A stretch of DNA of 64,000 bases from the human T2T-CHM13v2.0 reference genome, Homo sapiens, in NCBI RefSeq assembly GCF_009914755.1, contig NC_060927.1; one strand, written 5' to 3'. A model generated the notes under the pieces. The model saw only the letters and a program-made list of their open reading frames with translations, was not told the origin of the DNA and did not search any database. Below, in pieces: positions 27,621-40,625 of the stretch. Positions within the stretch are counted from its first letter, which is position 1; every line of letters starts with the position of its first letter. Made by a program: the position numbers and the translations under genes.

Positions 27621-28163
27621 GTAGGCGCGGAGCCAGGGCAGGGGGCGTCCTGGGAGGGGCCGCGCGTGGGAATCAGAGTCGGGAGAAGTGGCTCAGCCAG
27701 CGCTTGCCGCCAGTTCGGACTCGGCCGGGCTGGGCCAGGCTGCAGGCGTGGGAAGGGGCGTCTCCGGGGGAGCCCCGGGGCTGTGCAGGGAGGCCGAGGG
27801 CGACCCCGCTGATGGAGAGTCTGCTCTTGTTACCTAGATTCGGGCGCATTTCGGATTTGACTGTGGATCTTTCAACGCCAGAGGGAGTGCGTCTCTTAAC
27901 ACTCCCCAAAATGTCTCTACTGCGAGTTTCCTTCCGCTCTCTACCCTGCCTTTCTGCTTTTATCTGCCGGGGCTTGCAGGTCCGCGGCGCAGACTGTTCA
28001 CGAGCCCTTGGACCTTTCCTAGTTCTTCTGAAGTGTTCTACACCGCGTTCGCTCTTCCTTTTCTGGCGCTGGTGGCTGGCCTAACTTCGGTCTCAGAGTC
28101 TTTGTTTTCGCTCATTTACCTGGCAGTCATTTGGACACCTAATTCGAGGACAAGTTGGGGAGG

Positions 28164-28193
28164 ATGAAGTCGGAGAACGGGACAGTGGTCGGG
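28164..28193 (+). CDS. DIPK2A: Candidate alternative first coding exon of DIPK2A (MKSENGTVVG), spliced in frame to exon 2
   Basis: aggATGa (A at -3), exactly 10 codons, then donor GGG|gtgggt at 28194, phase 0 like exon 2. Yields 221 aa, matching my recollection of a short annotated isoform (unverified). Confidence 0.65.
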
Positions 28194-31162
28194 GTGGGTT
28201 TAATCTGTGAGCCGAGCTTTGGGTGGGATTAGAATCAGAAACAGGAAAAGTAAGGCAGCGTTGGACTTGGGGCTGGGAGGGCTTAAGGCCAGACAGACGT
28301 TTTCATCCTGATCCTGTGACCTGCCCTATTCATCTGGTAATCTAGTTGAAGGGAGATGAAATATTAGGCCAGGGCGAGTATCAGGGAAGGAGATTCTTGC
28401 CTTTCGCCAGTTGCGTTGTTTGCTCTCGTCTGACTGTTTTGAAAAGTAATGTGCCTTTTAGGGGAATAGGATGGAATCTTTACTGGTGACATCAAAAAGA
28501 GAACAAAAAACAAAAACACTGTTTACTTTCGGAGTATTTGCTTGTTTCTGCACATTCCCACCCAGCTTCAGTGCGGTGTCCTTGAACAGTGATTACAACT
28601 GTGGGGTTGTGGTTTCTCCTTCTGTCTGCAGGAAAAGTTACCGTGCTCCTTTCCATGACAAGAGAAAAAAATGACTTAAAAGTTCACAAGTAATTTTGGT
28701 ATACTTCACATTCTTTCTGGGTTGCTGTCACTGAGGGCTGGAGGTACAGGGTTTTTTTTTTTTTTATTTTTCTAAAATGCATGAATAGGAAAGTGCAGAT
28801 TTCTTTATATTATTTTCTTTTCTCAAGCTCTACACTGCCCATTTTAGCTTTAAAAGAAACCAGCTTCGTTTGATTAGTTCAGCCAAATAATGTAACACAA
28901 ATATTTGGCTTCAGATGAAACTTTAGTGTGGGTCTTAGTAAATTTTAGGACATCAGAGGCTATGTGTATTGGGTTAATTTTAAAGTCAGAGTGTGTTTTA
29001 AATACTGCTGTATCACCTAACTGAATGGATGCATAAAACTGGTTAAACTTTCCTTGAAGAAATTTTCTTTATTCAGTAGTTCCCAAACTAGTCAGTCTCT
29101 AAAGGTTTAGCCTGTATTTATGATGTACATACACTTGAACTGAAGTTTCTCATTAAGCTATCTTTAAAAGAGAACCTTGTTTGTATTAGCAAGGTTGGTT
29201 CTTGGAGATCGTGTTAGCATTTTGCTGAAGTAGATACCCGGACAAATTCTCTGAGACCCAGAAATTTAGCAAGGAGCTGTCTTAGTAATATACATTTACT
29301 GTACTTAAAATGCTGGCGTCCCTACCGAAAGATTTTTTTTTTTTAGGTAATTTTGAATAGTGATGTATTAGTAACAACTAACAGTAGAATTGATATTTTA
29401 AGAACATTATGTGGCCAGTTCTTTTTAAGTGTAGTCATAGCATTGAATTTGAGAAACTTTGGCATCTGATTTACACTAAGGTAAATTTGTGCTTTGTGCA
29501 GGAAGGTTTTATATTTTTTTAAGTTTGAACTTCTCATGGCATTCTCAGTTTACTTTGTAGTTGAGATAGTCAAGTGTGCGTGTATCTTGTTTTCTGTTTA
29601 ACTTTTCCCTCAAACTTACTCTTTATCTGTTCTCATCTTTAGTGATGAAACAGCCTTTTTTGAAAAAGCACAATTATTTTCTTATATATGACACATAATG
29701 ACACAGCTACTTTGAGTGGGTAAACACATGGGCCATAGGATAAGAATTTGTTTTTAGTATGTGATGAAACATGTCTCCACGTTTTAGAGTGAGGTTTGTA
29801 AATTACATTTTTAATTTACACAACCCAGTTCCCAGGAATAGTACTAATACTAATATATGTATTATAATTATAGCTGAGTACATACTGTGTAATATAATTT
29901 TGGGGTCTTTAGTACCAGCCAGTCATATAGGCATGTAATTTTTTTAAAACCTGATTAACAAGCAAGTAGAGGAAGAAGATATTTTTAAGTAAGAGTTTTC
30001 AGAGAGCCGCTGCTTTCTTTGTAGAATCACTTGATCTTTGGAAAAAGCTAGTGAATTTACAAGTCTGAACAATATACTTGAGGTTTGATGATTGTATAAA
30101 ACCACCAAAATGAAAGGTATCTCAACATTCTGTGATCAAGTACAAAAGTTGCTGTACAGTAAGTCAAACCATGATGTTCATTACCTTTGTTAGCTAGGAA
30201 ACTACATTTTTAGTATTTATACAGGTTTTTATAAAACTGTTTATAGCTGTTTACAGTAATACTGGGATATTAATTGATACAGAAAAACTCAGATTTGGCT
30301 GTCTATTGCTTCATGTATTAAAAAATATATTTTTAAGAGTACAAGTGTTTTAACAGCTTGAAGAGGAACTCACTTTTTTCCTCCAGGAGAGGGAGCTACT
30401 TGTCGAATTTTTGGACAGCTGGTGACAAACTAGATTTTTCTTATATTGTCCAAAAATTAACAACTTCAGGGAAAAAAAAGTCTTTGAACTGACTTCATCC
30501 AAGTATTCTTAACAAAACTTCCAGTATCGTAAGCATGCTTCAAAATAAGCATGTAAAAATTTCTTTTGATAAGGTGTTTAAGAACTGAAAAATACTTACG
30601 AATTTAATCCATTAAACTCACCTCTTCTGATTTGAAAAAACAGTAAAAAATTGAAGTTGCTATTATTCCTTGAAAGGAGAGGTGAAAGACATTAAGTGTC
30701 TAAGATGTTTACACACATACCTTATCTATGTAAGGCTGTAAAGATTTGTGATATAAATTTCCCCATATGAAATGGCATGAGAGTATGGCTTTCTTCTTAT
30801 TGTTGGATAGTTTCACTAGTTTACAACAGTTTACCCATAGAATTATTATCTTCTAAAAAATGTTTATAAACATCAAGCAACAAGATAATGCTAGTAGTAC
30901 CTTTATCTTCTACTCTGATACCCTTTCCTCGTCGTCACATTTTTACTTCACTAAGATGTGTGTATTTTAGTGCCAGGTATACTGTAATCCTATGAAAAAA
31001 AAAATGGAGGAGAGGAACTATGTTGACTTTTATATTGTGTAAATAGGAATCTTGAAGTATTCAAAAATTGAGTTGTTGAAGTAATTGGCAAGATCACAAG
31101 TTATTGTTGATAAATTTTCCATCGTATTTGTATTTAACCTATTGAATTTACAGAAAGGGAGA

Positions 31163-31215
<53 letters not shown>
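31163..31215. repeat. Compound (GT)n(GA)n microsatellite
   Basis: Directly visible in intron 1. Confidence 0.97.
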
Positions 31216-31219
<4 letters not shown>

Positions 31220-33211
31220 TGTCTGGATTTGTTGAAGTTCAGACAGAATCTCTGACTTTATAACCTGGAAGTAGTGAAGATGGTCTTGTTTGTAGGAAAT
31301 GGAGAAAGCTCTTTGTTGTTTAGGGGGACGAGCTGGGAATGTTACTATTTGTGGAACTTCATTTGCCTTAAATTTTCTGAATCATGGTTTTAATAGGATT
31401 TACTTTATTTTTATAGTATATGACTATCATTAAGCTATGGTTTTTAAGCTTGCTTTTCTATTCTTATAAATGATATAATACATGCAAAGCACTTCACGTA
31501 GTATCTGGTAAATTGTAAGCATTCAATAAATGTTAGATATTGAATAAAGTAAAGGTAACTTTAACTGCCTGGTGCATTTGATCAGCTGTTTTGAAGCTCA
31601 TTTGGGGTATGGATCACCTTAAAAATAATGGTGATTTTGAATATCAACCATACTTTAGTTATACTGATTTTTTTCCATTATTACTTTGATATAATTTTTT
31701 GTAGAAAACTTTCAGTGAATGTTGTTTTTGCCTTTAAAAGTAATTTATATAGGGAACAACATATTTTTTAAGTTCACTGGTGAAAATGTAGTTTTTGAAG
31801 TAAACAAAAGATTATTTAGCTAACGGTACTTTAGAAAAGTTGATAGATTTTTACTATTGGACTCACTTCCTTCTTTATAAAATGAAGCTATTGGATTAGA
31901 TCCTTTTCAGCTCCAACATTCTGGGGCTTTCAAACTCTTGAGAAATTTGGTTTTTATTGTTGTTGTTGTTGTTGTTGTTTTCTTTTGAACTTTAACGAGT
32001 GGGTTTAATTAAGCTCTTCTGAAAGGGGATTGGGAGTGGGATGCTCTCTTTCAAGCCTTTCTTCCTACCCCCAAATTTTTACACACATGAAATAAAACAA
32101 AAACCAAAACCTTCCTTTAAGGGGAAATATGTGGAGTTAAGGGTAGCCAAGGATCTTGTGAGGCAATAGTGTGCAAAACGATGTTCCAGACTTTGTTTCA
32201 GGAGTTTCTTTTCAAACAACAGTTTAAGGAACCACCTACTTCTCCTTTACTGGCTGTTTCTTTAGTAACTGTCTTCCTAGATTTCGGCTTCAGAACACAT
32301 TAGAGATGGTTCTTAGTAGAGCAGTTTTTAATCTAATAAATTTTGTAAGTTTTTGAACTTTTTGTGGCTTTTCATCTGAGAGTCCATTGACACTTTTGAT
32401 TGCTCTTCAAGATAATCAAACAAAAATAATAAAACAATTTTGGATACCTCAAGTCCAAAAAGGGGGTGGGGACTTTTATTTTAGAAAGACCCTAGAAACA
32501 GACAATCGCCCTTAAGAAAGCATCACTTCAGAATCAGTAGAGCAAAGTCATTTGACATCCTGGACTAGTTTCTGGACATATCCATATCTTTTGACCATTT
32601 TGAATTTTGTCCTTTGTATACTTTTGTCTAGTCTTTGAACTATTCTTTATATTTCCATTGCATAGGTTAGCACATATTCTCACACATGTTGGGAAATAGA
32701 AAGCTTGTTTTTATAGGTCTTCTGGACATGGGTGTCCAGCTTCTCAGGGGATTGTCAGACTGGTTTTTATTCTGTTTTTTTGGTTTGTGGGCTCTGGCTT
32801 ACTTCCTATTTTTCTGTCATTGCTGCTGACTCTTCACAGAATGCTATTTTTTTCTTTCTTCAGCTTTCACTCATTACCCATATGTTAAATTATGGCCTTA
32901 TAATTTAAATCCTGCATTTTTCTAATACATTTGATGAACTTTAGTAAATGGTTGTAACATGACTGAAAATTATTAGTGTAAGGTGAGGTTAGTATAAGGT
33001 GATAGGAAGTTGTCTGTGAAATTCTTGAGAGCTCTTTGAATTTATAACCAAAAGAACTGAATTTGTCTGTTCATTTTACAATCTGTTACAAGGCATTTGG
33101 ATTGAAAGGATGGAAAGATGGCCGTAGGAAACAAGTAGCTTACTATGTAGGAGGTAGGTACACAAATAACTAATTATTATACAATCCATTTAATAAGCCC
33201 TGTACAAAAGG

Positions 33212-33329
33212 TATCTATATCTATCTATCTATCTATATATCTATATCTATATCTATATCTATATATATATCTATATATATATATATCTATATATAGATAT
33301 ATATATATCTATATATATATATATATATA
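33212..33329. repeat. Interrupted (TA)n/(TCTA)n microsatellite
   Basis: ~118 bp of TA/TCTA units. Confidence 0.97.
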
Positions 33330-34868
33330 CTGTCACATGACTCAGGGAGGGACATCTCATTGTATATTGATAGGAATGGTACCAGGGAAAGTTTCAGAGA
33401 TTTTGCCAATAGATGGGGGTGGAGAGTGGGAGGAAGGGTGGAGGGGGCAGTATTGATAGAGCATCCATTTCACATTCTGTATTACCACAAAGTTGTTGGA
33501 TGGTATTGAGCAAGTCACTTAATGTTTCCGATTCTAAGTTTTTTTAATCAGTAAAATGGGGTTGTTAATACTTACCTAACAGGATTGTTTTAAAGATTAA
33601 AGAAGAAAGGATTATTCAAGTAATATCTGTTAAATGTTTTCAGTTGTAAAGCTTTTTACAGTGTATTATTTCTTTGAAAATCAGCTTATTCCATTTTTAG
33701 ACAGCTATAGTAGTTAAAAGTTCTTTAGTACATTATGCTGATGTCTGTCTTAGAAATGTAAAAATCCTACTTTTCTTATTGCAGACATTCAAATGTCACT
33801 GTCCTTACATATACGTAAATCATATGTACCTATTCAGGCTATAGTTTTTTAAAAATAGTAGTTTAAAAGGGGATTAGGGATTTGTCTCATATGAAGTGTA
33901 ATGAATAGAATGAATATGGTAGGAAAGACGGTTTAGATAAGGATTAAGAAGTAAAAGGCAAATAGTTTCTTTTTTTCTCTGTAAATCATTATTATAGTTT
34001 AGTAATTCTATTTAGTACATTGGTAAATGGTAGTACAAAAAAACAGGTTAAGTCTAGACCTTAGACTCTGAGACAGAATCTTAAAAGATTTGTAATCTGA
34101 AGTAAGTATGATGCTTCAGTGTCTTCGTATTTTTTCTTTCTAATGCTTTTTTGGGGGTTAACTCTGAAATGAAAAGATCTGACAGTAATTATGTGGAATT
34201 GGTCAATAGTGCCAGGAACTGATCTGTATATACCCCTGGGACACAGTAAGGGTCAGTTGAGACTAGTAAACTTATGCATATTTAAAACTTGTGAACAAGT
34301 GAAGTGTTTTTTGTTTTGTGTTTTTTTTTGGTGGGGGCAGCATTTCTTAAGCAATTTATTCTAAAAGATAATCTATTTCTATTAAATTTAGTTTTTAAAA
34401 TGTGTTTTGACATCAGTTTCCAATTTTAGATACAGCTGTTGGACATGATATTCAGTAAAATAACACAACCTTACTATTTTCAAGGCATTGTTTAATATTG
34501 TTGGAATTTGAGGTGGGTGGAAAATGGCATTCAGAAAATTATTTCATGAAATAAATGGGACATATGCTAGGACTTAAAAATCTTGAAATTGTTAAGCTTC
34601 TACAGTATTTGCAATGGATTTTGGCTGCTATTTAGCAGTATAAATTAAGAAGCTAAGATCTTAGAGAAATTTTAGCAAAAATTCAGTAACCATTAAATCA
34701 TCCCCGTAATTTTACTATATCTCCCCTCCAGACAGTTCACCAAACTGTGAACACATTAGTCTGTCACCAGTACAGTTGACTAATCTTTATGAACAGCTGT
34801 TATAACATGCGTTACTACAATGGGATTTCATTCAAATTTGGGCTTTAAAAAATAATTTTAAAACTTAA

Positions 34869-35194
<326 letters not shown>

Positions 35195-36996
35195 CCTTTA
35201 AGCATTTTCTATGCTTTTGATGACATATACTTTCTAAGAGTGTTTTCAAGCTTAAACTTTTTTTTTTTTTGTAGAAATGCCAGTTATGTAGAAAATCGAT
35301 ATTCACATTTTAGATTGTATGTTTTATTAATAGTTTTTTTGAAGTTAGTTTGTTTATACTAAGAACTTTCAAGTTTAACAAAAATCAGTCTTGCATGGTA
35401 ACACATCTCTTGGTCTGTACTTATTTTCTCTCTTAAGGCAAACTGCAAAGCTATGTTCCTTTTAATGGAATATTATGAGGTAATGAAGTATTATAAAATA
35501 TTTTATATTGTATAAAAGGAATTTTGATCTTTTAAATTTAGTATACAATATTTTTGGTCATGTAGGAGAAAAAAGAATACAAGCACTTTTAAGTAGACTC
35601 TATTTTAATCTATTAGTCTCATGTCATTTATTTTTTGTAAGTAAATAAACAATACCAAAATGTATTCTTTTATGTATCTTTACTCATATATTCCATGTCC
35701 ACCCTTTTCATGACTGTGTTATGGCATGATAGAATGAAATGGCCTTATTAACCTGGCAGGATGGTGGATATTGATCAAAGGGTTATCGTGATATTTTAAA
35801 GGCTTGTTTTTTAGAATAAGGTAAATATACCATAGCATACTGTTTGATTTCAGTATGTAAGATAATCCTGAACATCAAGATTTTGACATGTATTTGTTTT
35901 TGCATGGCATACATATAGATGATGCTATAAAGACTGAGTTGAAGATTTCTGTTTGATTCTATAAGTCCCAACATGATCTGGTCCTTGCTTCACTCTCCAG
36001 ATTCCCTTACCGCAAGTCATTTCCCCATTCATTTCACTGCAGCTGCTTTGGTCTTTTATTCATTTCTGAGAAGATACTTTCAGGCTTTTCATGTGCCTGA
36101 ACTGCCCCATCTCCAGTCTGCTTAATATTAAACTCATCCTTTAGGTCTCAGCCTGGGTGGAGATCACTTAGGTTAAATAATCAATCTTAACATTATTTTT
36201 CCAGCATAATGTTGGCTTCTGGAATGCTCTTATGTAATATATAAACCGTTACCTTTATAAAATCTGAAAAATTCTTAAACAGATGATAAATAAGCAAAAA
36301 CAAAAACAGAAACAAAAACAAAACAAAAAATAAACCCAAAAAAACCACCCCAAACTAATAAAGTTTAACTTCAACAAAAGGATATTGGCTTGAGGGAGGT
36401 TGTGTTAATCTATCTTTTGAATTCATTTTGACTGTTGTAAAGATAATTATAGCTTGGCCTAAATTTGCTTCTTACTACCTGTGTGACTTTAGGTAAATCG
36501 TTTAACACTGTACTAATAAGATTGAACTGGATTTACAATTGAGGTACAGTTAAACTCTAAATTTCTTGGATTTTACATTTCCTTTATTGATCACATAAAA
36601 TATTTGATTTTGATCTAGGTAGATTATTAGGTTATTTCAGCATTTGGAATTTGTTTTGTGCTTATCAGTAATAAAAAACAAGTTAAAATACTGTGTTTTT
36701 GTGTGTACACGTTTCCAATTTTTAAGTTTCTTGCATTTTTAGTGCTTGTGGATGCTCTCTACGTTTCTTATAGCATCAGTGCTTTTAAGAGTTTAGTGAC
36801 TAGTCTATATATTTCATTATGAATTAGAAATTACTAGAGGTCAGTAAAGATGTTTCTCTAATTTAGTGGTTCTTCACTCTATTTGGAAGGGGGTTCATTA
36901 TTTGTAGATGCCGTTTTAGTAGGTGTTTAGGAGGTGCATGAAGATAAGCATATCTTTTGATGAATGTCTGGAATTGTTACTTAAAATTTTTAAATA

Positions 36997-38435
36997 GAGA
37001 AAGCCCATCAGACTAACAGCAGATCTCTCTGCAGAAACCCTGTAAGCCAGAAGAGAGTGGGGACCAATATTCAACATTCTTAAAGGAAAGAATTTTCAAC
37101 CTAGAATTTCATATCCAGCCAAATTAAGCTTCATAAGCGAAGGAGAAATAAAATCCTTTCCAGACAAGCAAATGCTGAGAGATTTTGTCACCACCAGGCC
37201 TGCCTTACAAGACCTCCTGAAGGAAGCCCTGAATATGGAAAGGAAAAAACAGTACAAGCCATTGCAAAAACATACCAATTGTAAAGATGATTGACACTAT
37301 GAAGAAACAGCATCAACTAATGAGCAAAATAACCAGCTAGCATCATAATGACAGGATCAAATTCACACATAACAATATTAACCTTAAATGTAAATTGGCT
37401 AAATGTCCCAATTAAAAGACACAGACTGGCAAATTGGATAGTTAGAACCCACCAGTGTGCTGTATTCAGGAGACCCATCTCACATGCAAAGACACACATG
37501 AAACATTTACCAAGCAAATGGAAAGCAAAAAAAACACAAAAAAAACAAAAGGGGTTGCAATCCTAGTCTCTGATAAAACAGACTTTAAACCAACAAAGAT
37601 CATAAAAGACAAGGGCATTACATAATGGTAAACGGATCAATGCAACAAGAAGAGCTAACTATATATACATGCTCCCAGGATCAGGAACACCCAGTTTCAT
37701 AAAGTAAGTTCTTAGAGACCTACAAAGAGACTTAGACTCCCACACAATAATAGTGGGAGACTTTAACACCCCATTGTCAATATTAGACAAACGAGACAGA
37801 AAATTAGCAAAGATATTCAGGACTTGAACTCAGCTCTGGACCAAGTGGACCTAATAGACATCTACAGAACTCTCCACCCCAAATCAACAGAATACACATT
37901 CTTCTCAGCATCATATTGCACTTATTCTAAAATAGTAAAACACTCCTCAGCAAATGCAAAAGAAAATCATAACAGTCTCTCAGACCACAATTCTAATTGC
38001 AGTCAAATTAGAATTCAGAATTAAGAAACTCACTCAAAATTGCACAACTACATGGAAACTGAACAGCCTGCTCCAGAATGACTACTGGGTAAATGATAAA
38101 ATTAAGGCAGAAGTAAATAAGTTATTTGAAACCAATGAGAACAAAGACACAACATATCAGAATCTATGGGACACAGCTAAAGCTGTGTTTAGAGGAAAAT
38201 CTATAGCATTAAATGCCCACAGGAGAAAACGAGAAAGGTGTAAAATCGACATCCTAACATCACAATTAAAAGAACTGGAGAAGCAACAACAAACAAATTC
38301 TAAAGCTAGCAGAAGACAAGAAATAACTAAAATCAGAGCAGAACTGAAGGAGATAGAGACACGAAAAACCCTTAAAAAAATCAATGAATCCAGGAGCTGG
38401 TTTTTTGAAAAGATTAGAAAAACCAGACCACTAGC
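36997..38435 (+). mobile_element. L1PA internal fragment (ORF1 C-terminus plus ORF2 endonuclease/Z region), frameshifted
   Basis: MTGSNSHITILTLNVN...IKRHRLANWI, DIYRTLHPKSTEYTFFS and [15 protein letters not shown] are L1 ORF2p motifs. Confidence 0.95.
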
Positions 38436-38446
38436 AATACAAACTG

Positions 38447-38536
38447 TTTTGTATTGGGAAGGCTGTTTCATCTACATTTTGTATTGGGAAGGCTGTTTCA
38501 TCTACATTTTGTATTGGGAAGGCTGTTTCATCTACA
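38447..38536. repeat. Perfect 3 x 30-bp tandem repeat
   Basis: ttttgtattgggaaggctgtttcatctaca repeated three times. Confidence 0.97.
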
Positions 38537-39197
38537 TTGAAAATCTGTTGATTAGTCACTTCCATTAATTATCTTAGCTAGATCTTCTGGATAATTTGCT
38601 ATGGTTTCTGTATCAGCACTTGCTGCTTCTCCTTGCGCTTTTATCTTACGGTGATGAATTCATTCCTTAAACTGCATTAACCAGCCTCTGCTAGCTTCAA
38701 ACTTTTCTTCTGAACTCTGAGCCTTCATAGAATTGAGGAGAGTTGGGTTCTTGTTCTGGATTAGGTATTGGCTTAAGGGAATGTTGTGACTGATTTGATC
38801 TTTTATCCAGATCACTAAAACATTCTCCCTATTAGCAGTAAGGCTGTTTTGCTTTCTTAACATTTGTGTGTTCACTGGCGTAGCACTTCTGATTTCTTTT
38901 GATAATATTTCCCTTGCATTCACAGCTTGGCTGTTTGGGTTAAGAAGCCTAGCTTTCTGCCTATCTCGGTTTTAGATGTGCCTTCCTCACTATGCCTACC
39001 TATTGTTTCTAGCTTTTGATTTCAAATGAGATACCTGTAACTGTTTTCATTTGCACACTTAGAGGCCATAGTAGGATTAATAGGCTTAATTTCAGTATTG
39101 TTGTGTCTCAGGGAACAGGGAGGCCTGAGGAGAGGCCTCCCTGTTCCCTGGGGATGGCTAGTTGGTGGAGCAGTCAGAACACACACATTTATTGATT
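38518..39197 (-). mobile_element. Tigger1 transposon 5' fragment
   Basis: Minus-strand [22 protein letters not shown]...[14 protein letters not shown]...FEASRGWL is Tigger1 (CENP-B-like HTH) transposase. Confidence 0.9.
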
Positions 39198-40169
39198 CCT
39201 TTTTTTCTCTAATGTTCATTTTCTAGTTACATATTTTAGCAGTGGAAGGTATCTTAGATAAAGCCTGTTATTTTACTTAAGGTGAAAATGAGTGTTCATG
39301 GTCATGGAACACGTTTTTTTTTGATTTAGGATGATAATCCTGCCAGTAGTTTTAAAATCCATTAGAAAACCTTGCTAAGATAAGAGTAATTTTGAGGCTA
39401 GGCCAAGGAGAACAGAAAATATGGCTGGGAAAGGGAAACAAGATGAACTTGGACCAGATGTGCTCAGAGTGGAGGTTGCATTAATAGGATATCAGTTTGT
39501 CCCTTCCCAACCTTTGGATGTAGGGTAAAAGACATCTCTCAAGAATCTTTCCCTGAATTCCACCCCATCTGCTTCCTGACTAGGAAAGGCCCCTACTAAA
39601 TGATCCCCTGGGACCTGCACCACTGCTTAGTAACTAACACTTTTCATATTCATAATTATTTGTTTGGTGACTGCATGCTCTTCTAAAATAAAAGCCCATG
39701 GCTAAATGGAGACTGTTTGGTTCACCCTTAATTGCCACCGTAACACAGTGCCTGTTGCCTGGTAAATAACTGCTGGTTAATAGGCTGCAGTGCTATCAGT
39801 TTAAATAAAAGGATTGGTTGATTACATTTACACAAGTGAAGAAGATAAGGGAAAGCATAAATACTTTTAGATTTGGTAATAAAGACAGTGTCTTCCCTCT
39901 TATTGATCATTTTGGTTCTTAGATTTTGATAAGCAAGACTTGTCATCCTATTTTAGCTTTATAATGTAAAGTTCTCTATTTAAATTTTTTTCAGGTCCAT
40001 AGTACTGGTATGAGTTAGGAAAAAATGAAGTTAATCTCTAATAAACTGTTGAATGTAATAAGAAAATCCAAAGTCATTCCTAGTAGCAATCTCTACTGAA
40101 AGGATCTGAGGATAGACCTAGGATATTTTCATCAGAATCTCTTGTAATATTAAGATAATTCTTTTGTAG

Positions 40170-40473
40170 AGTTTTCCGTCTGATGAAGGTTGGCCATTTG
40201 CAAAGTATCTTGGAGCTTGTGGAAGAATGGTGGCTGTAAATTATGTTGGAGAAGAACTGTGGAGTTACTTTAATGCGCCATGGGAAAAACGAGTTGACCT
40301 CGCTTGGCAATTAATGGAAATAGCAGAACAGCTTACAAACAATGACTTTGAATTTGCACTCTACCTCCTGGACGTCAGCTTTGACAATTTTGCAGTTGGT
40401 CCTAGAGATGGGAAGGTAATCATTGTGGATGCTGAAAATGTTTTGGTTGCTGACAAAAGATTAATTAGACAAA
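40170..40473 (+). CDS. DIPK2A: DIPK2A coding exon 2 (aa 220-320)
   Basis: Acceptor cttttgtag|AGT; reads SFPSDEGWPFAKYLGACGRMVAVNYVGEELW...YLLDVSFDNFAV...IIVDAENV...LIRQ in phase with exon 1. Donor AAA|gtaagt at 40474. 304 nt, phase 1 end. Confidence 0.97.
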
Positions 40474-40625
40474 GTAAGTATATAATTTTAGATTTTTTTC
40501 TACTCATTTTTTCCTATGTCAAAATAATGTTTATACTTGTATGAAATGAGCCTTGAATTTCCTCCTTAGATGGCAACTTTAAGCGTCTTTCTTTGCTTTA
40601 TATGACCACTGTCAATAAACAAATA

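Larger units (their letters stand above)
25520..27900. promoter_or_regulatory. CpG island / promoter of DIPK2A (bipartite, with an AT-richer gap ~26140-26280)
   Basis: Abrupt rise in GC and CpG density against the AT-rich flanks. GC boxes at ~26408-26418 and 26712-26721. Covers the 5' UTR and exon 1. Confidence 0.93.

Noticed and set aside
27621-27812. C-terminal extension of the 294-aa ORF (VGAEPGQG...)
   Set aside because: Read-through past the strong CAG|gtaggc donor into intron 1.
27125-28084. 319-aa overlapping ORF in another + frame of exon 1
   Set aside because: It starts at GTG, and its codon position 1 is the real frame's GC-rich position 3, so stop codons are suppressed. The product is low-complexity A/R/G/P.
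27812-28490. Two ORFs both starting MESLL (27812 and 28471)
   Set aside because: The nucleotide sequences differ at synonymous sites and diverge immediately afterwards, and neither has an obvious in-phase donor; judged a coincidence.
38447-38536. CRISPR-like 30-bp repeats
   Set aside because: There are no spacers, the units are head-to-tail, and the context is eukaryotic.
37954-38568. 204-aa ORF ending in [10 protein letters not shown] repeats
   Set aside because: A decayed L1 ORF2 frame running into the 30-bp tandem repeat; not a gene.
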